In this document: one piece after another, positions 8,011 to 17,316 of the stretch
How the letters are laid out: the number at the start of each line of letters is the position of its first letter
Numbering within the stretch: position 1 is the stretch's first letter
NCBI GenBank assembly: GCA_041158505.1
Contig: JBEBBG010000019.1
Coordinates: 1-54,232 of the forward strand
Direction: 5' to 3'
Origin: Candidatus Parcubacteria bacterium
Lineage (GTDB): Bacteria; Patescibacteriota; Minisyncoccia; Phycocordibacterales; JAACPR01
DNA: 54,232 bases
The notes under the pieces: generated by a model
Told to the model about the DNA's origin: nothing
Databases searched by the model: none
What the model saw: the letters and a program-made list of their open reading frames with translations, nothing else
Program-made: the position numbers and the translations under genes

Positions 8011-8104
8011 AGGTTGAAATTACCAGAATTGAAACAAGACGTCAATTTATTAAAGGTAATCTATTGACTCCCAGAATCTTTTTATGCAATATGACCTTAA
8101 ATCA

Positions 8105-8175
8105 GGGGGTATAATTCAATGGTAGAATGACGGTCTCCAAAACCGTATATGTGGGTTCGATTCCCACTATCCCCG
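8105..8175 (+). tRNA. tRNA-Trp(CCA)
   Basis: Acceptor GGGGGTA/TATCCCC, anticodon arm ACGGT-CTCCAAA-ACCGT, T-loop GGTTCGATTCC; CCA end not encoded. Confidence 0.95.
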
Positions 8176-8271
8176 CGTTCTTCAACGTAATCCATCCTAA
8201 AAAGAAAAAGCCCGGTACGCAGCACGCGCCGGGTATATTTATTTCATCAAACTAGACCTAGAGCTGAAGGC

Positions 8272-9426
8272 TTAGATTTTTTGCACGACCAATCCGACAT
8301 ACGCACCGTGCTCGTCTCCAGACTCGCACAGCTGCATATCCAGATTAAGCAACGGCTCGATAAACCCTTCCCGAAAGAGTTCCCGAGGCATTAGGGATGT
8401 CACGAAGGGAAAGGTGTTCAAGCGTTGCAATGCAAAGCGCCGTTCCACCATGTCCCGAATTTCTTGGACTGAATACATGCGGGCGTGCACCGGGATTGTT
8501 CCCCGGACACCTGCCAAATCGACCTCGAGGGTATTCATAATCGGATTAAAGATTGCCGCAATTGAGTTTTGCCACGGCAATATCGACCGATGTACGAGTG
8601 CGTCCGCGTTATAAAAAGAGAGGTATGCGTAACCGCCCCTAGTAAGCACGCGTCGCACTTCACTCAGCAGACTTTGGATGTCGACGATATCTCCACATGT
8701 GCCATTATTCATGACAACGAAAGAGACCGTTCCATCCTCAAGTGGAATTCCCTGCTCAAGGTCGCGCTGAACGAACTGAATCCTGTGCCGTTGATTGGAA
8801 TTGACTTTGCCCTGTGCAACAGCGACCATCGCGGGAGAAATGTCATAGCCCACAAGAGAGCGGAATCCAGCCTTGTGATGAAAGATCATTCGCCCCGTAG
8901 CGGTACCCAGATCGACAAAAGTGCCGCGATGATCGAGCGATTCAATCGTCTCGCTAATGATTCGATTCTCAATCTGGTAGGTAAAACGCGTAGCAGGGCA
9001 GCCATCCTGGTGCGTATCGTAGGTTTCGGCAACAGACTCCGTGAGTCTGAGCAAGTTTCTTCGGAGGGCTTCTGGCGATCGATCACCAGCATTGTTACCC
9101 TCCTGACTACTTGTTGCCTCGTCTCGCAGCATTGTTTGGTGTTTCACGCCGGCGTTGATAACCGTGTGCAACAGTGCTTGCGCAAGGTATGGATCAATAC
9201 CAACTTCAGCAGCAACCTGACCAATATGCTGTAACCGCGACTGCTCCCGGCCGAGTACGACGATAGGATCTGTCCCTTTCGTGTCAACAACCAAGGTAGA
9301 CAGGTCAATGCGACGCTTCACCAGACGAACAAGATGTTCATCAAGGACACCGAGTCGCTCTCCAATACCTTTGAGCCACCGGTCTTTCTGTTCTGCGCTT
9401 ACCGCGCTAGGAGGATTTGTGTTCAT
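8272..9426 (-). CDS. AroQ chorismate-mutase-like domain fused to a class I SAM methyltransferase
   Basis: LDEHLVRLVKRR..K..RE..KHQ N-terminal domain; VDLGTATG, GYDIS, EVRRVL. Confidence 0.7.
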   Translation of the reverse strand: MNTNPPSAVSAEQKDRWLKGIGERLGVLDEHLVRLVKRRIDLSTLVVDTKGTDPIVVLGREQSRLQHIGQVAAEVGIDPYLAQALLHTVINAGVKHQTMLRDEATSSQEGNNAGDRSPEALRRNLLRLTESVAETYDTHQDGCPATRFTYQIENRIISETIESLDHRGTFVDLGTATGRMIFHHKAGFRSLVGYDISPAMVAVAQGKVNSNQRHRIQFVQRDLEQGIPLEDGTVSFVVMNNGTCGDIVDIQSLLSEVRRVLTRGGYAYLSFYNADALVHRSILPWQNSIAAIFNPIMNTLEVDLAGVRGTIPVHARMYSVQEIRDMVERRFALQRLNTFPFVTSLMPRELFREGFIEPLLNLDMQLCESGDEHGAYVGLVVQKI

Positions 9427-9477
9427 GATTAATTGATAAGTAACGTTTACAAAGCATATTACATACCTAAAAAGAAA

Positions 9478-9508
9478 AAACCAGCCGGCGACGAACGCTG
9501 GCTGGTTT
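9478..9508 (-). terminator. terminator after trpS
   Basis: AAACCAGCCGGCG/CGCTGGCTGGTTT hairpin with adjacent A-run. Confidence 0.6.
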
Positions 9509-9529
9509 GTAAAATCCGGTACCGTGGCC

Positions 9530-10525
9530 TCAGTAAAGGGTCAGACCAAATCGATCCTGAACGAGAGCAAGGGTCTCTGCATACCTAGCACGGGCACGTT
9601 GACCGCCAGATTTCAAAACATCAATGACGTAATCATCCTGATTTGCCAATCGTGCGCGCGCCTGCTGAAACGGTTCGATGATTTCCGCAAGCGTATCGAG
9701 CATCCGCTCTTTACACTCTCGGCAACCAATACGCGCCTCCATACACTGGCGAGCAATCGTCCGATCATCCCTTTCCCCCGGCGTGATGATTTCATGCATC
9801 GGGTAGATAGACATGCAGCCATTGAATGGATCACCAGGATCAGAGAGACGCACGCGCTTCTCGTCGGTAACTCCTCGTTTCATGTAGCGCTCGCGGATCT
9901 CGTCCATGGGACTGTTGATGTCGACAGCATTGTCTGCCTCCGACTTCCCCATTTTTTTGCCGTCGAGGCCAGGCACCTTGACCATGTTCTCAACCATTTG
10001 GGGAACCACAAGGGTTTCACCAAAACGGTTATTGAAACGTTTCGCAAGGTCCCTGGCGAGTTCAACATTTGGCACCTGATCTGCACCCACAGGCACAAGC
10101 GTTGCTTGTGCACCGAGGATATCAGCAGCCATCAACACTGGGTACGAGAGAAGCCCCATTGTCTGACGCTGAGGATGTTTTGCCATCAGGTCTTTGATGG
10201 TTGGCAACTGCGCGACTTGGTTGTACGACTGCAGCATACCGAGCAGCAATGCGAGCTGTGAGATTTCGGGCACACTCGACTGCGCAAAGATAATCGACTG
10301 CTCAGGATCAAGCCCTGCAGCCAAATAGTCTTTTGCAATTTCAACGAGATTCCCCCGAAGTTCCTCGGGGTTATCGAGCGTCGTGAGTGTGTGGAGATCA
10401 GCGATAAAGTACAGACTCGTACAATCATCACTTGCGTACTGCACGAACTGCCTGACGGCACCGAGCAGATTACCAACATGCAACTTTCCAGTCGCACGAA
10501 TTCCAGAGAGAATTGTGGGTTTCAT
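9530..10525 (-). CDS. trpS: tryptophan--tRNA ligase
   Basis: SGIRATG, HVGN, YPVLMAADI, VPVGADQ, KMGKS. Confidence 0.95.
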   Translation of the reverse strand: MKPTILSGIRATGKLHVGNLLGAVRQFVQYASDDCTSLYFIADLHTLTTLDNPEELRGNLVEIAKDYLAAGLDPEQSIIFAQSSVPEISQLALLLGMLQSYNQVAQLPTIKDLMAKHPQRQTMGLLSYPVLMAADILGAQATLVPVGADQVPNVELARDLAKRFNNRFGETLVVPQMVENMVKVPGLDGKKMGKSEADNAVDINSPMDEIRERYMKRGVTDEKRVRLSDPGDPFNGCMSIYPMHEIITPGERDDRTIARQCMEARIGCRECKERMLDTLAEIIEPFQQARARLANQDDYVIDVLKSGGQRARARYAETLALVQDRFGLTLY

Positions 10526-10809
10526 TCGGAGGGTGGAGGGGGTGATGTGTGAAGATAACTGAATTCAAAATTAACAGGGAGAATTTCCTCGTTGCATGTG
10601 CCACAAGTAATTTTTCCCTGAACTTCTTCACCGCTTTGGTATTTTTCACATTTCGTGCACCAGATAAGCGGACGTTTACAGCGCGGACACCATCGCTTCT
10701 TTGCAGTTTTGTCCCTGCCCGGAAGGATGCTGCCCGACGTCGTGAGTTGGCACGCAAGGCACCAGAACGACACCAGGACGGTATCGTGTTCTTTTTGTGG
10801 AGAGAACAT
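10522..10809 (-). CDS. small zinc-ribbon protein (4x CxxC)
   Basis: CLAC, CPRC, CTKC, CGTC; stop overlaps the trpS start (ATGA). Confidence 0.55.
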   Translation of the reverse strand: MFSPQKEHDTVLVSFWCLACQLTTSGSILPGRDKTAKKRWCPRCKRPLIWCTKCEKYQSGEEVQGKITCGTCNEEILPVNFEFSYLHTSPPPPSE

Positions 10810-10922
10810 GGTTATTTCCTTATGTTTCAATGCTGATATTACGTAAAATGAAGAAAAATACAAGAATCTTCAAAAGTTCTTGCTCAAACTCTGGTGATTT
10901 CTTTTTCTGCTATACTACACGC

Positions 10923-11144
10923 ATGGCATTTCTCACCATCATCACCATGTTGGCACCAATCATCTTGGGCTTGGCACTGCTGCTTCTGATGCTCAATCTT
11001 ATGTTGCTGGCAGTTGCACTCATCGGCGGCAAGAAAGCACGACAGACACCAGCGTACAAAATCGGCATGAAGATGCTTAAAATTCTCTTTGTGATTGTAC
11101 TGGTCACACTTGCGGTTGTTGCACTACACGGCACCCTGCGTTAG
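10923..11144 (+). CDS. small 2-TM membrane protein
   Basis: Two hydrophobic helices; TATACT 6 nt before the ATG. Confidence 0.65.
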   Translation: MAFLTIITMLAPIILGLALLLLMLNLMLLAVALIGGKKARQTPAYKIGMKMLKILFVIVLVTLAVVALHGTLR

Positions 11145-11285
11145 ATGTTTTTAAAACACTCACACACGAATTGTTTAGTATATTGACAATATAAATAATT
11201 CAATACATAAATAATAAAGGTGTTTTCCTCCTGCGCGTTGATCGCAATTCCGCGGTCGCCACAACCCATGAACTGGGTATTCGCA

Positions 11286-11690
11286 ATGGAAAACAAAAAA
11301 ATGAGAACGATTTCGTTCTCGGCAAATATTGGGGTGGTCGCCGGATACGGCCACCAGAATCAAAACGAAGAAACGCCCGCCGACATTGTTGGAAAGGTCT
11401 GGCAAGGAATTGCCGCCGAGTACTTCAGAGCAAATGGTGTCTACGTGGGAGCTGTCATCGCAGACGCGAAGACGGTCTACCACAAGGACTGGGGATGCCC
11501 GGGCGGAGGTGAAAACACTGCCCTCGTTACTGGGACGTGCAACCCCCATTTCACCGACACCACCGCCTACAAAGCAGCTGTGACGGAAGTGCTACACCTT
11601 GTCGCAAGGCAGTTGGGTCAATCAACAACCCAACTCACCTTCTCGGAGGTCGAGTTCGAGTACTTCGACCTCCGCGATTCTGAGAAGTAA
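11286..11690 (+). CDS. hypothetical protein
   Basis: Coding-like ORF (YHKDWGCPGGGE); terminator about 11711-11746; start uncertain. Confidence 0.7.
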   Translation: MENKKMRTISFSANIGVVAGYGHQNQNEETPADIVGKVWQGIAAEYFRANGVYVGAVIADAKTVYHKDWGCPGGGENTALVTGTCNPHFTDTTAYKAAVTEVLHLVARQLGQSTTQLTFSEVEFEYFDLRDSEK

Positions 11691-11745
11691 TCGCCACACC
11701 CTATCCACCCAACAGGGTCTTGAGCAATCGGGACCCTGTTTTTCT

Positions 11746-12375
11746 TTACCACAACACAACCAACAGTAGCACCGCCACCACAAACAACGTATACTCCGTC
11801 ACCGAAATCCAGTTGAGCTTGAGGTAGTAGTGATCAACCCAATCTTCAATACCCCACCGGCGTAGGTACAAAGGAAGTTCTGCTTCTTCCCATGATGCAA
11901 CGAGGCGGAGCCGGCGTTCTGCATCAGGCAGCACATTCCAGTCACCATCATGTGCAAGCATTGATTTCATCCGATTCGCACGCCGTGCAAGCAGCTTGTA
12001 CCGAGTGTTGCGTAGTGGCCACAACACGGGAATGCCCCACCCCGTACCATACAAATCGTTTACAAAGTGCAGCATCGTGGCAATCAGAAAAAGTGTTCCG
12101 AAAAATGGTGCAACGTACACAGCGACCGCGCCAACAATCAAAAACAAAAGTGGAAAGTGGAAACCAGACCGATGGTCATGGGCGTACGCCGCCGAGGCTG
12201 CGAGTTTGTGTCGCTTAATGAGTTCAGGTAGCGCATCGAGATCGGGACACATTGCAAACCCAATACCGAGCAGGAGATGCCACCAGAGCAGCTCTGTCTG
12301 TGTTAGGTGTGCGGCAAGCAACATTGCAAAAATGCCGTTTGCAATATCTGCCAAAAGCGCGAGTGCGTACTTCAT
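11746..12375 (-). CDS. membrane metal-dependent hydrolase (YdjM-like)
   Basis: PDLD, HDHRSGFH, LHFVND, GWGIPVLWP. Confidence 0.75.
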   Translation of the reverse strand: MKYALALLADIANGIFAMLLAAHLTQTELLWWHLLLGIGFAMCPDLDALPELIKRHKLAASAAYAHDHRSGFHFPLLFLIVGAVAVYVAPFFGTLFLIATMLHFVNDLYGTGWGIPVLWPLRNTRYKLLARRANRMKSMLAHDGDWNVLPDAERRLRLVASWEEAELPLYLRRWGIEDWVDHYYLKLNWISVTEYTLFVVAVLLLVVLW

Positions 12376-12420
12376 ATAGGAGTAGCGTAGCACAAAAATA
12401 AGTGCTAACCTCAACCCCGT

Positions 12421-12975
12421 ATGTTCTCCACACTCACACCCCCGGAACGGCGCTCTGCATCAGCAGAAGCGATCACTAAAACCCTCACTGGTAACCCTCG
12501 TGCTTTGGATCGGTACCGATTCATGCAGCCGTCCGAAGCAAACGGAACGCTGGTGAAACACCGAATCACGGTGCCCACACTCGCGACGGTCCTCATGCGC
12601 GAAGGAGATATCATTCCCTTCCACGTGCATGGCCGGCGCGACAAGCGGTACGTCTTTAGCGGCATCGGAAGGTTCAGCGTCTTCCTCTACCGCCCCAGAG
12701 GCGGCAAGAGACAAGCCCTTATCCGCGAGGTGATCCAAACCGGACCAGAAGACAGATTGGCGACCGTGGAGGTGCCGCGTGGCACCTTCCATGCCGTCGT
12801 CTGTCACTACGTCAATCGAGCAAATGCCGATTTTTCGGAAACAGATGGCCGGGCAACATTTGACGTTGTTGCAACCGGAAACGACCCGACGGACATTCAC
12901 TGGGATCCGAATCTCGAGCAACTGCTCGCACACGTTTCGTTCAATCCCAAGATTGATTCCCTGCCGTGGGCCTGA
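12421..12975 (+). CDS. cupin-fold protein
   Basis: PFHVH and VEVPRGTFHAV cupin motifs. Confidence 0.6.
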   Translation: MFSTLTPPERRSASAEAITKTLTGNPRALDRYRFMQPSEANGTLVKHRITVPTLATVLMREGDIIPFHVHGRRDKRYVFSGIGRFSVFLYRPRGGKRQALIREVIQTGPEDRLATVEVPRGTFHAVVCHYVNRANADFSETDGRATFDVVATGNDPTDIHWDPNLEQLLAHVSFNPKIDSLPWA

Positions 12976-13041
12976 CGTTTGCGCAATGTGCTGTTCTCTC
13001 GTGCTCACTGGTAACCCCGGTGAGCTTTTTCTTTTCCCTGC

Positions 13042-13461
13042 TTACTCAGGTTTCGTCTTGCGGTATCCAATCACCACGGACGCAGCGAGCGCCATAATGA
13101 CGAGGTTCTTAATGATGTACTGTCCTTCAAGTGATGGAACACCAAATGCAATCCAACTAACGTGCGGCACGAGGATGAGTGGCAACACGGTTGTAACCAT
13201 GTGTGGAATCAACAGAATCGCAGCAATCGTTTGCGTCTTTCGAGAGAGGAACAGCACACCGATGAGCATTTCGGCCCAGCCGAGAAAAATGATAAACGAG
13301 TCGAGTGGCCACCACGTGATGGTAACGTCACGAAGCGCATCAACGAGTGGTGTCGCAGGCGACAAACCAAGCACCTTCAGTAATCCAAACCAGAAAAAGA
13401 TAATGAAGAGTGCGATGTGGGCAAACATGTACGTTGCGTAGCGTGCGGTTGGTGTTTTCAT
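13042..13461 (-). CDS. DoxX/YkgB-like membrane protein
   Basis: FFWFGLLK, GWAEMLIG, EGQYIIKNL. Confidence 0.75.
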   Translation of the reverse strand: MKTPTARYATYMFAHIALFIIFFWFGLLKVLGLSPATPLVDALRDVTITWWPLDSFIIFLGWAEMLIGVLFLSRKTQTIAAILLIPHMVTTVLPLILVPHVSWIAFGVPSLEGQYIIKNLVIMALAASVVIGYRKTKPE

Positions 13462-13581
13462 ACAATGATTTTATCACGGCAAACCGACACGTCACAGATA
13501 TTTTTGCAGTATGCAAGAAAGTATAAAAAGAAAAAGAGTGGCGCGCGAACGCGCCACTCCACAAAAACTCGTTGGCCAACT

Positions 13582-14523
13582 TCAGTGAAGCCACGTCTTG
13601 AGGTACGCGAGCGTGGTTCGGTAGTACTTCTCTGGATCAACCGCAGGAGGAAGCCCTTCTCCGAGCACGGGGATTTGCTCCCGGACGACCTGACCGAACG
13701 GCTCGGCCACGATGGGGCCTTCGTAGTTCATACCCCGGAGCGCTAGCCCGATTTGTTCCCAGCCGCGGGAGTTGTCGTGCACCCATGCGTTTTTGTTGCG
13801 ACCAGGAATTTCCCGGCCAGCAAAGCCGTGCGCGTGCAAGTAGCCGAGCATCGACTCACCTGTTTCATGCGTACCGGCCGCCCGAAGCTCGAGCACCGCG
13901 TTGAGACGACGCTGGTACATGTGGAACGTGTCTGCGTGCCAGCGGAAACGCGGCCCGAGGGCGCGGCAAATTAGAAGCACCGGCTCAAGACCACCGAGCG
14001 CTTTGTCCTCTTCGGGACGCAGGTACTCGATGTTGATCTGGAGGTTGAGTTCTCCCACCTGCGGCAGGATGTGGTCGTAAAAGCTGATTGCCCGTGTCAC
14101 GATTTCCTCCTGACAAAACTCATCGTAGTCGCGACCAAGCACGAAGCAGCTCGGACCGGTGATGTGCCGGACCCGAAGCCCAGCTCCCTGGAGAGCCTGA
14201 ATGTACGCAAAGTCCTCATCGAATGTCTTCAGCACCTCAGCAAAGGCTTTCGGGGAGCATTCTCCGATGGGATCTCCGAACGATCCATCGCCCGGGAAAA
14301 ACCGGCAGTACGAAACTTCGGAAATGCCGCCCAAGAGCACTGCATCCGCGGCTTCTTTGGCAGACATGAAGTTGAGCGGTTTGCCGACGATTTCAAAAAT
14401 CGTGGCCCCAGCTTGATGTGCGATACGGACCGCGTCGGTGAGCAGGTTGCCCTGCCCCGGATTGAGCACGCCTTGAAAGGCGAGCCAGTGTGCGCCGAGC
14501 TGGCGCTGAGTCTCAGTGTTCAT
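13582..14523 (-). CDS. sugar isomerase/epimerase (xylose-isomerase-like TIM barrel)
   Basis: IEYLRPEE, ADTFHM, YLHAH, AEPF metal-ligand pattern. Confidence 0.75.
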   Translation of the reverse strand: MNTETQRQLGAHWLAFQGVLNPGQGNLLTDAVRIAHQAGATIFEIVGKPLNFMSAKEAADAVLLGGISEVSYCRFFPGDGSFGDPIGECSPKAFAEVLKTFDEDFAYIQALQGAGLRVRHITGPSCFVLGRDYDEFCQEEIVTRAISFYDHILPQVGELNLQINIEYLRPEEDKALGGLEPVLLICRALGPRFRWHADTFHMYQRRLNAVLELRAAGTHETGESMLGYLHAHGFAGREIPGRNKNAWVHDNSRGWEQIGLALRGMNYEGPIVAEPFGQVVREQIPVLGEGLPPAVDPEKYYRTTLAYLKTWLH

Positions 14524-14656
14524 AACGAATGGTTGTTTTCAAGTGCGGCACATACCGATGCGCTGCTTTACAGATTCAGGCATACACTACAATGGATTCA
14601 CAATCAGTCAAGGAACGTACCCTATACAGTTGCACATCTGCTACAATACTTCTCAT

Positions 14657-15163
14657 ATGCGTATTCATATTAAAAAGTACTTACCAGAATTTGTATACGG
14701 CGGCATTGATGGAGCTGTTACCACATTTGCAATTGTTGCCGGTGTTGTTGGTGCGTCCCTCTCCCCAACCATTATCCTCATTCTTGGCTTTGCAAACGTT
14801 CTTGCAGACGGCTTCTCGATGGGTATTTCAAACTTCCTGTCACAAACATCGGAAAATGATTTGCGAGATGACACCCGAAAAAATGCACGCAAAACATCAC
14901 TCGCAACGTTTATCTCCTTTGTCATTGTTGGTCTCATCCCACTCTCGCCGTACATTGTTGGTGCGATAGCAAACTACGCAGGTGACGCACTCTTTGTATG
15001 GTCAACGCTGCTAACCCTCGTCGCGTTCTATTGGATTGGCTACATGAAAGGTATTTTTACACATGGTAAAAAGCACCGTGCGGCATTCCAGACGCTTGCT
15101 ATGGGTACCGCAGCAGCTTTGATCTCGTATATCGTAGGATACGCACTCAGCTTTGTGGCGTAA
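14657..15163 (+). CDS. VIT1/CCC1 metal transporter
   Basis: VYGGIDGAVTTFA, ADGFSMG. Confidence 0.9.
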   Translation: MRIHIKKYLPEFVYGGIDGAVTTFAIVAGVVGASLSPTIILILGFANVLADGFSMGISNFLSQTSENDLRDDTRKNARKTSLATFISFVIVGLIPLSPYIVGAIANYAGDALFVWSTLLTLVAFYWIGYMKGIFTHGKKHRAAFQTLAMGTAAALISYIVGYALSFVA

Positions 15164-15270
15164 GGACACAAAAGCACGGACAAATTGATTGCCATTTCAC
15201 ATCTCACATGCTACCCTGACGACACAGCTCGGCACTAGGGTCGAGCCTTTATTATTGACCGAAAAATCCC

Positions 15271-15411
15271 ATGGAACCACAGGACATGAATCCAATCGAT
15301 GAGACAACCGAAGAGGAAGTCGCTGAGATGGACGCCGACATGGAGTCAGCAGAAGAGATCGAAGCCGACGATGAGGAGGCTTTTGATGACGCTGACGAGT
15401 CAGCTGAGTAA
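15271..15411 (+). CDS. 46-aa hyperacidic peptide (not in the ORF track)
   Basis: MEPQDMNPIDETTEEEVAEMDADMESAEEIEADDEEAFDDADESAE*; strong terminator about 15442-15472. Confidence 0.65.
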   Translation: MEPQDMNPIDETTEEEVAEMDADMESAEEIEADDEEAFDDADESAE

Positions 15412-15498
15412 TAGTACTCAGGCACACTAGTGCCACACAGAAAACGGCCGGCGCTTCGCGCCGGCCGTTTTCTTTTACTGAGCAGGATCTGCAAAACC

Positions 15499-15663
15499 CT
15501 ACTCCTCAAACGTCGGCACGGTCTCTCCTGCAACCACATCCCCACGCGTCCCTAAATCTGGTGCACCGACCTGCTCTGGCTCACGCATCAAAATTGCAAC
15601 CAAGAGCACGATGATCACGAGAACAACAAGTGCTACCACGGTTCGCGTTTGTTTCTGTTTCAT
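15499..15663 (-). CDS. 54-aa single-TM protein (not in the ORF track)
   Basis: MKQKQTRTVVALVVLVIIVLLVAILMREPE...; TAGAAT 6 nt upstream. Confidence 0.65.
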   Translation of the reverse strand: MKQKQTRTVVALVVLVIIVLLVAILMREPEQVGAPDLGTRGDVVAGETVPTFEE

Positions 15664-15740
15664 GCAGACATTCTAGCACAGTAAAGCAATATACCTGTCA
15701 GCAATTGACTTGCAATAAAAAAATTGTAGTATCGCAAACA

Positions 15741-16022
15741 ATGCACACGATCTTCTTTTCTACTCACCCTGCCGTTGGCCAGCTTGCTGTCATGCCCGCC
15801 ATACAACAACTGTTGAAGGACGAACACCTCAAGGCTGTCAACGTTCACTTGGAGGCCGCCATTGTTGTCGTCGGTTCTGACACTGAGTACACCACGCTGC
15901 ACCACGACCACGACACTCGGCACTTCTGCTTCCTGTCCAGATCTCCGCAAACGGTCCATAACGGCACCTTCGTCGGAGACCTTCTGGGAACCCTTGCCCA
16001 CATTCAGGCACTGGCAAGATAA
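15741..16022 (+). CDS. hypothetical protein
   Basis: TTGACT promoter upstream, hairpin plus T tract downstream. Confidence 0.55.
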   Translation: MHTIFFSTHPAVGQLAVMPAIQQLLKDEHLKAVNVHLEAAIVVVGSDTEYTTLHHDHDTRHFCFLSRSPQTVHNGTFVGDLLGTLAHIQALAR

Positions 16023-16145
16023 CCCTTCGGCGCCCCCGGTAACCCCTAGCGACCCCCTTCTGGGACCACCGCTTTTTCTTTCAAATCCCTTCCAAAATAA
16101 GCCTATTTGTGTTACAGTATCCCCTACACCTAATTCATATACACT

Positions 16146-16691
16146 TTGCGAAAAGGAAAGAAAAAACAACCAGAGCAGCTGCCATCAGCTACCATCAATG
16201 AAGCCATCAGAGCCAAGGAACTTCGTGTCCTCGATGATGACGGCAACAACTACGGTATTTTGACCCGCGCAGAGGCTCTGGCAAAGGCAAAAGAGATGGA
16301 AATGGACCTCATTGAGATCTCTCCAAATGCCGTTCCTCCGGTTGCAAAGATCATGGATTATGGTAAGTTTCAGTACGACCAAAAGAAGAAAATAAAGGCC
16401 CAAAAAGCCAAAGCTCACAACGTCGAAGTTAAGAGCATCCAGGTCAAAATCGGTACCGACGAGAACGACCTCAACATCAAAGCAAAGCGTGCCTCAGAAT
16501 GGCTCAACGAAGGACATCGAGTTAAAATTGAACTCTTCCTCCCGGGCCGCTCAAAGTATCTCGATGAGAACTTCCTCAAGGAACGACTGACTCGAGTGTT
16601 GAAGCTAATTACCGTCGAGTACGCTGTGGCCGATGAAGCAAAAAAGGTTCCAAAGGGCCTCGCCACAATCATTGAACGAGCAAAAAAGTAA
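16146..16691 (+). CDS. infC: translation initiation factor IF-3
   Basis: INEAIRAKELR, PPVAKIMDYGK; non-ATG start. Confidence 0.95.
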   Translation: MRKGKKKQPEQLPSATINEAIRAKELRVLDDDGNNYGILTRAEALAKAKEMEMDLIEISPNAVPPVAKIMDYGKFQYDQKKKIKAQKAKAHNVEVKSIQVKIGTDENDLNIKAKRASEWLNEGHRVKIELFLPGRSKYLDENFLKERLTRVLKLITVEYAVADEAKKVPKGLATIIERAKK

Positions 16692-16692
16692 C

Positions 16693-16887
16693 ATGAAGAC
16701 TAATAAATCATTCAAAAAACGCCTCAAGGTAACAAAAAGCGGCAAGATCATTGCCCGCCGCAAGGGCCAGAACCACTACAATGCCAAGGACAGTGGTACC
16801 ACGACGATTGCAAAACGTCGCACCACCAAGATTCCGATGACCCAAAAGTCACGAAGTCGATTTCTCATTAACGTAACAAACAAGTAG
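16693..16887 (+). CDS. rpmI: 50S ribosomal protein L35
   Basis: MKTNKSFKKRLKVT; synteny. Confidence 0.9.
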   Translation: MKTNKSFKKRLKVTKSGKIIARRKGQNHYNAKDSGTTTIAKRRTTKIPMTQKSRSRFLINVTNK

Positions 16888-16888
16888 T

Positions 16889-17233
16889 ATGTCACGCGTT
16901 AAAGGAGGTGTAACGGCGCTCAAGCGCCGAAAGAATGTTCTCAAGGCAACGAAGGGGTTCCGACACGGCCGCAAGTCAAAGGAGCGAACAGCACGAACAG
17001 CTATTCGCAAGGCTGGCCAGCACGCGTTCAATGATCGACGCAAGAAGAAAGGAAATTTCCGATCTCTCTGGATTACTCGACTCAACGCTGCGCTTCGCCT
17101 CGAAGGTGAAACGTACAGCGCGTTTATCGGCAAGCTCACTGCAAAGCGAATCGGTGTAAACCGAAAGATGCTCTCAGAGATTGCTCGAGACAACGTCGAG
17201 AGTTTCAAGCGAATTGTCGCGCAGGTAAAGTAA
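16889..17233 (+). CDS. rplT: 50S ribosomal protein L20
   Basis: MSRVKGG, FRSLWITRLNAA. Confidence 0.97.
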   Translation: MSRVKGGVTALKRRKNVLKATKGFRHGRKSKERTARTAIRKAGQHAFNDRRKKKGNFRSLWITRLNAALRLEGETYSAFIGKLTAKRIGVNRKMLSEIARDNVESFKRIVAQVK

Positions 17234-17316
17234 CCTGACAGGAGGTACGAAACGTACCATGCAAAAGAGCGGCGAGGCCACAGGCCTCGCCGCTCTTTTT
17301 GTTCCCTTGCATGTTT

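Noticed and set aside
8569-10261. Long plus-strand ORFs 8569-9234 and 9524-10261, and similar antisense ORFs across the window
   Set aside because: They are shadows of well-supported opposite-strand genes and have no recognisable motifs.
15252-15545. Ser-rich minus-strand ORF
   Set aside because: It is the antisense of the acidic peptide and crosses a terminator and another small gene.
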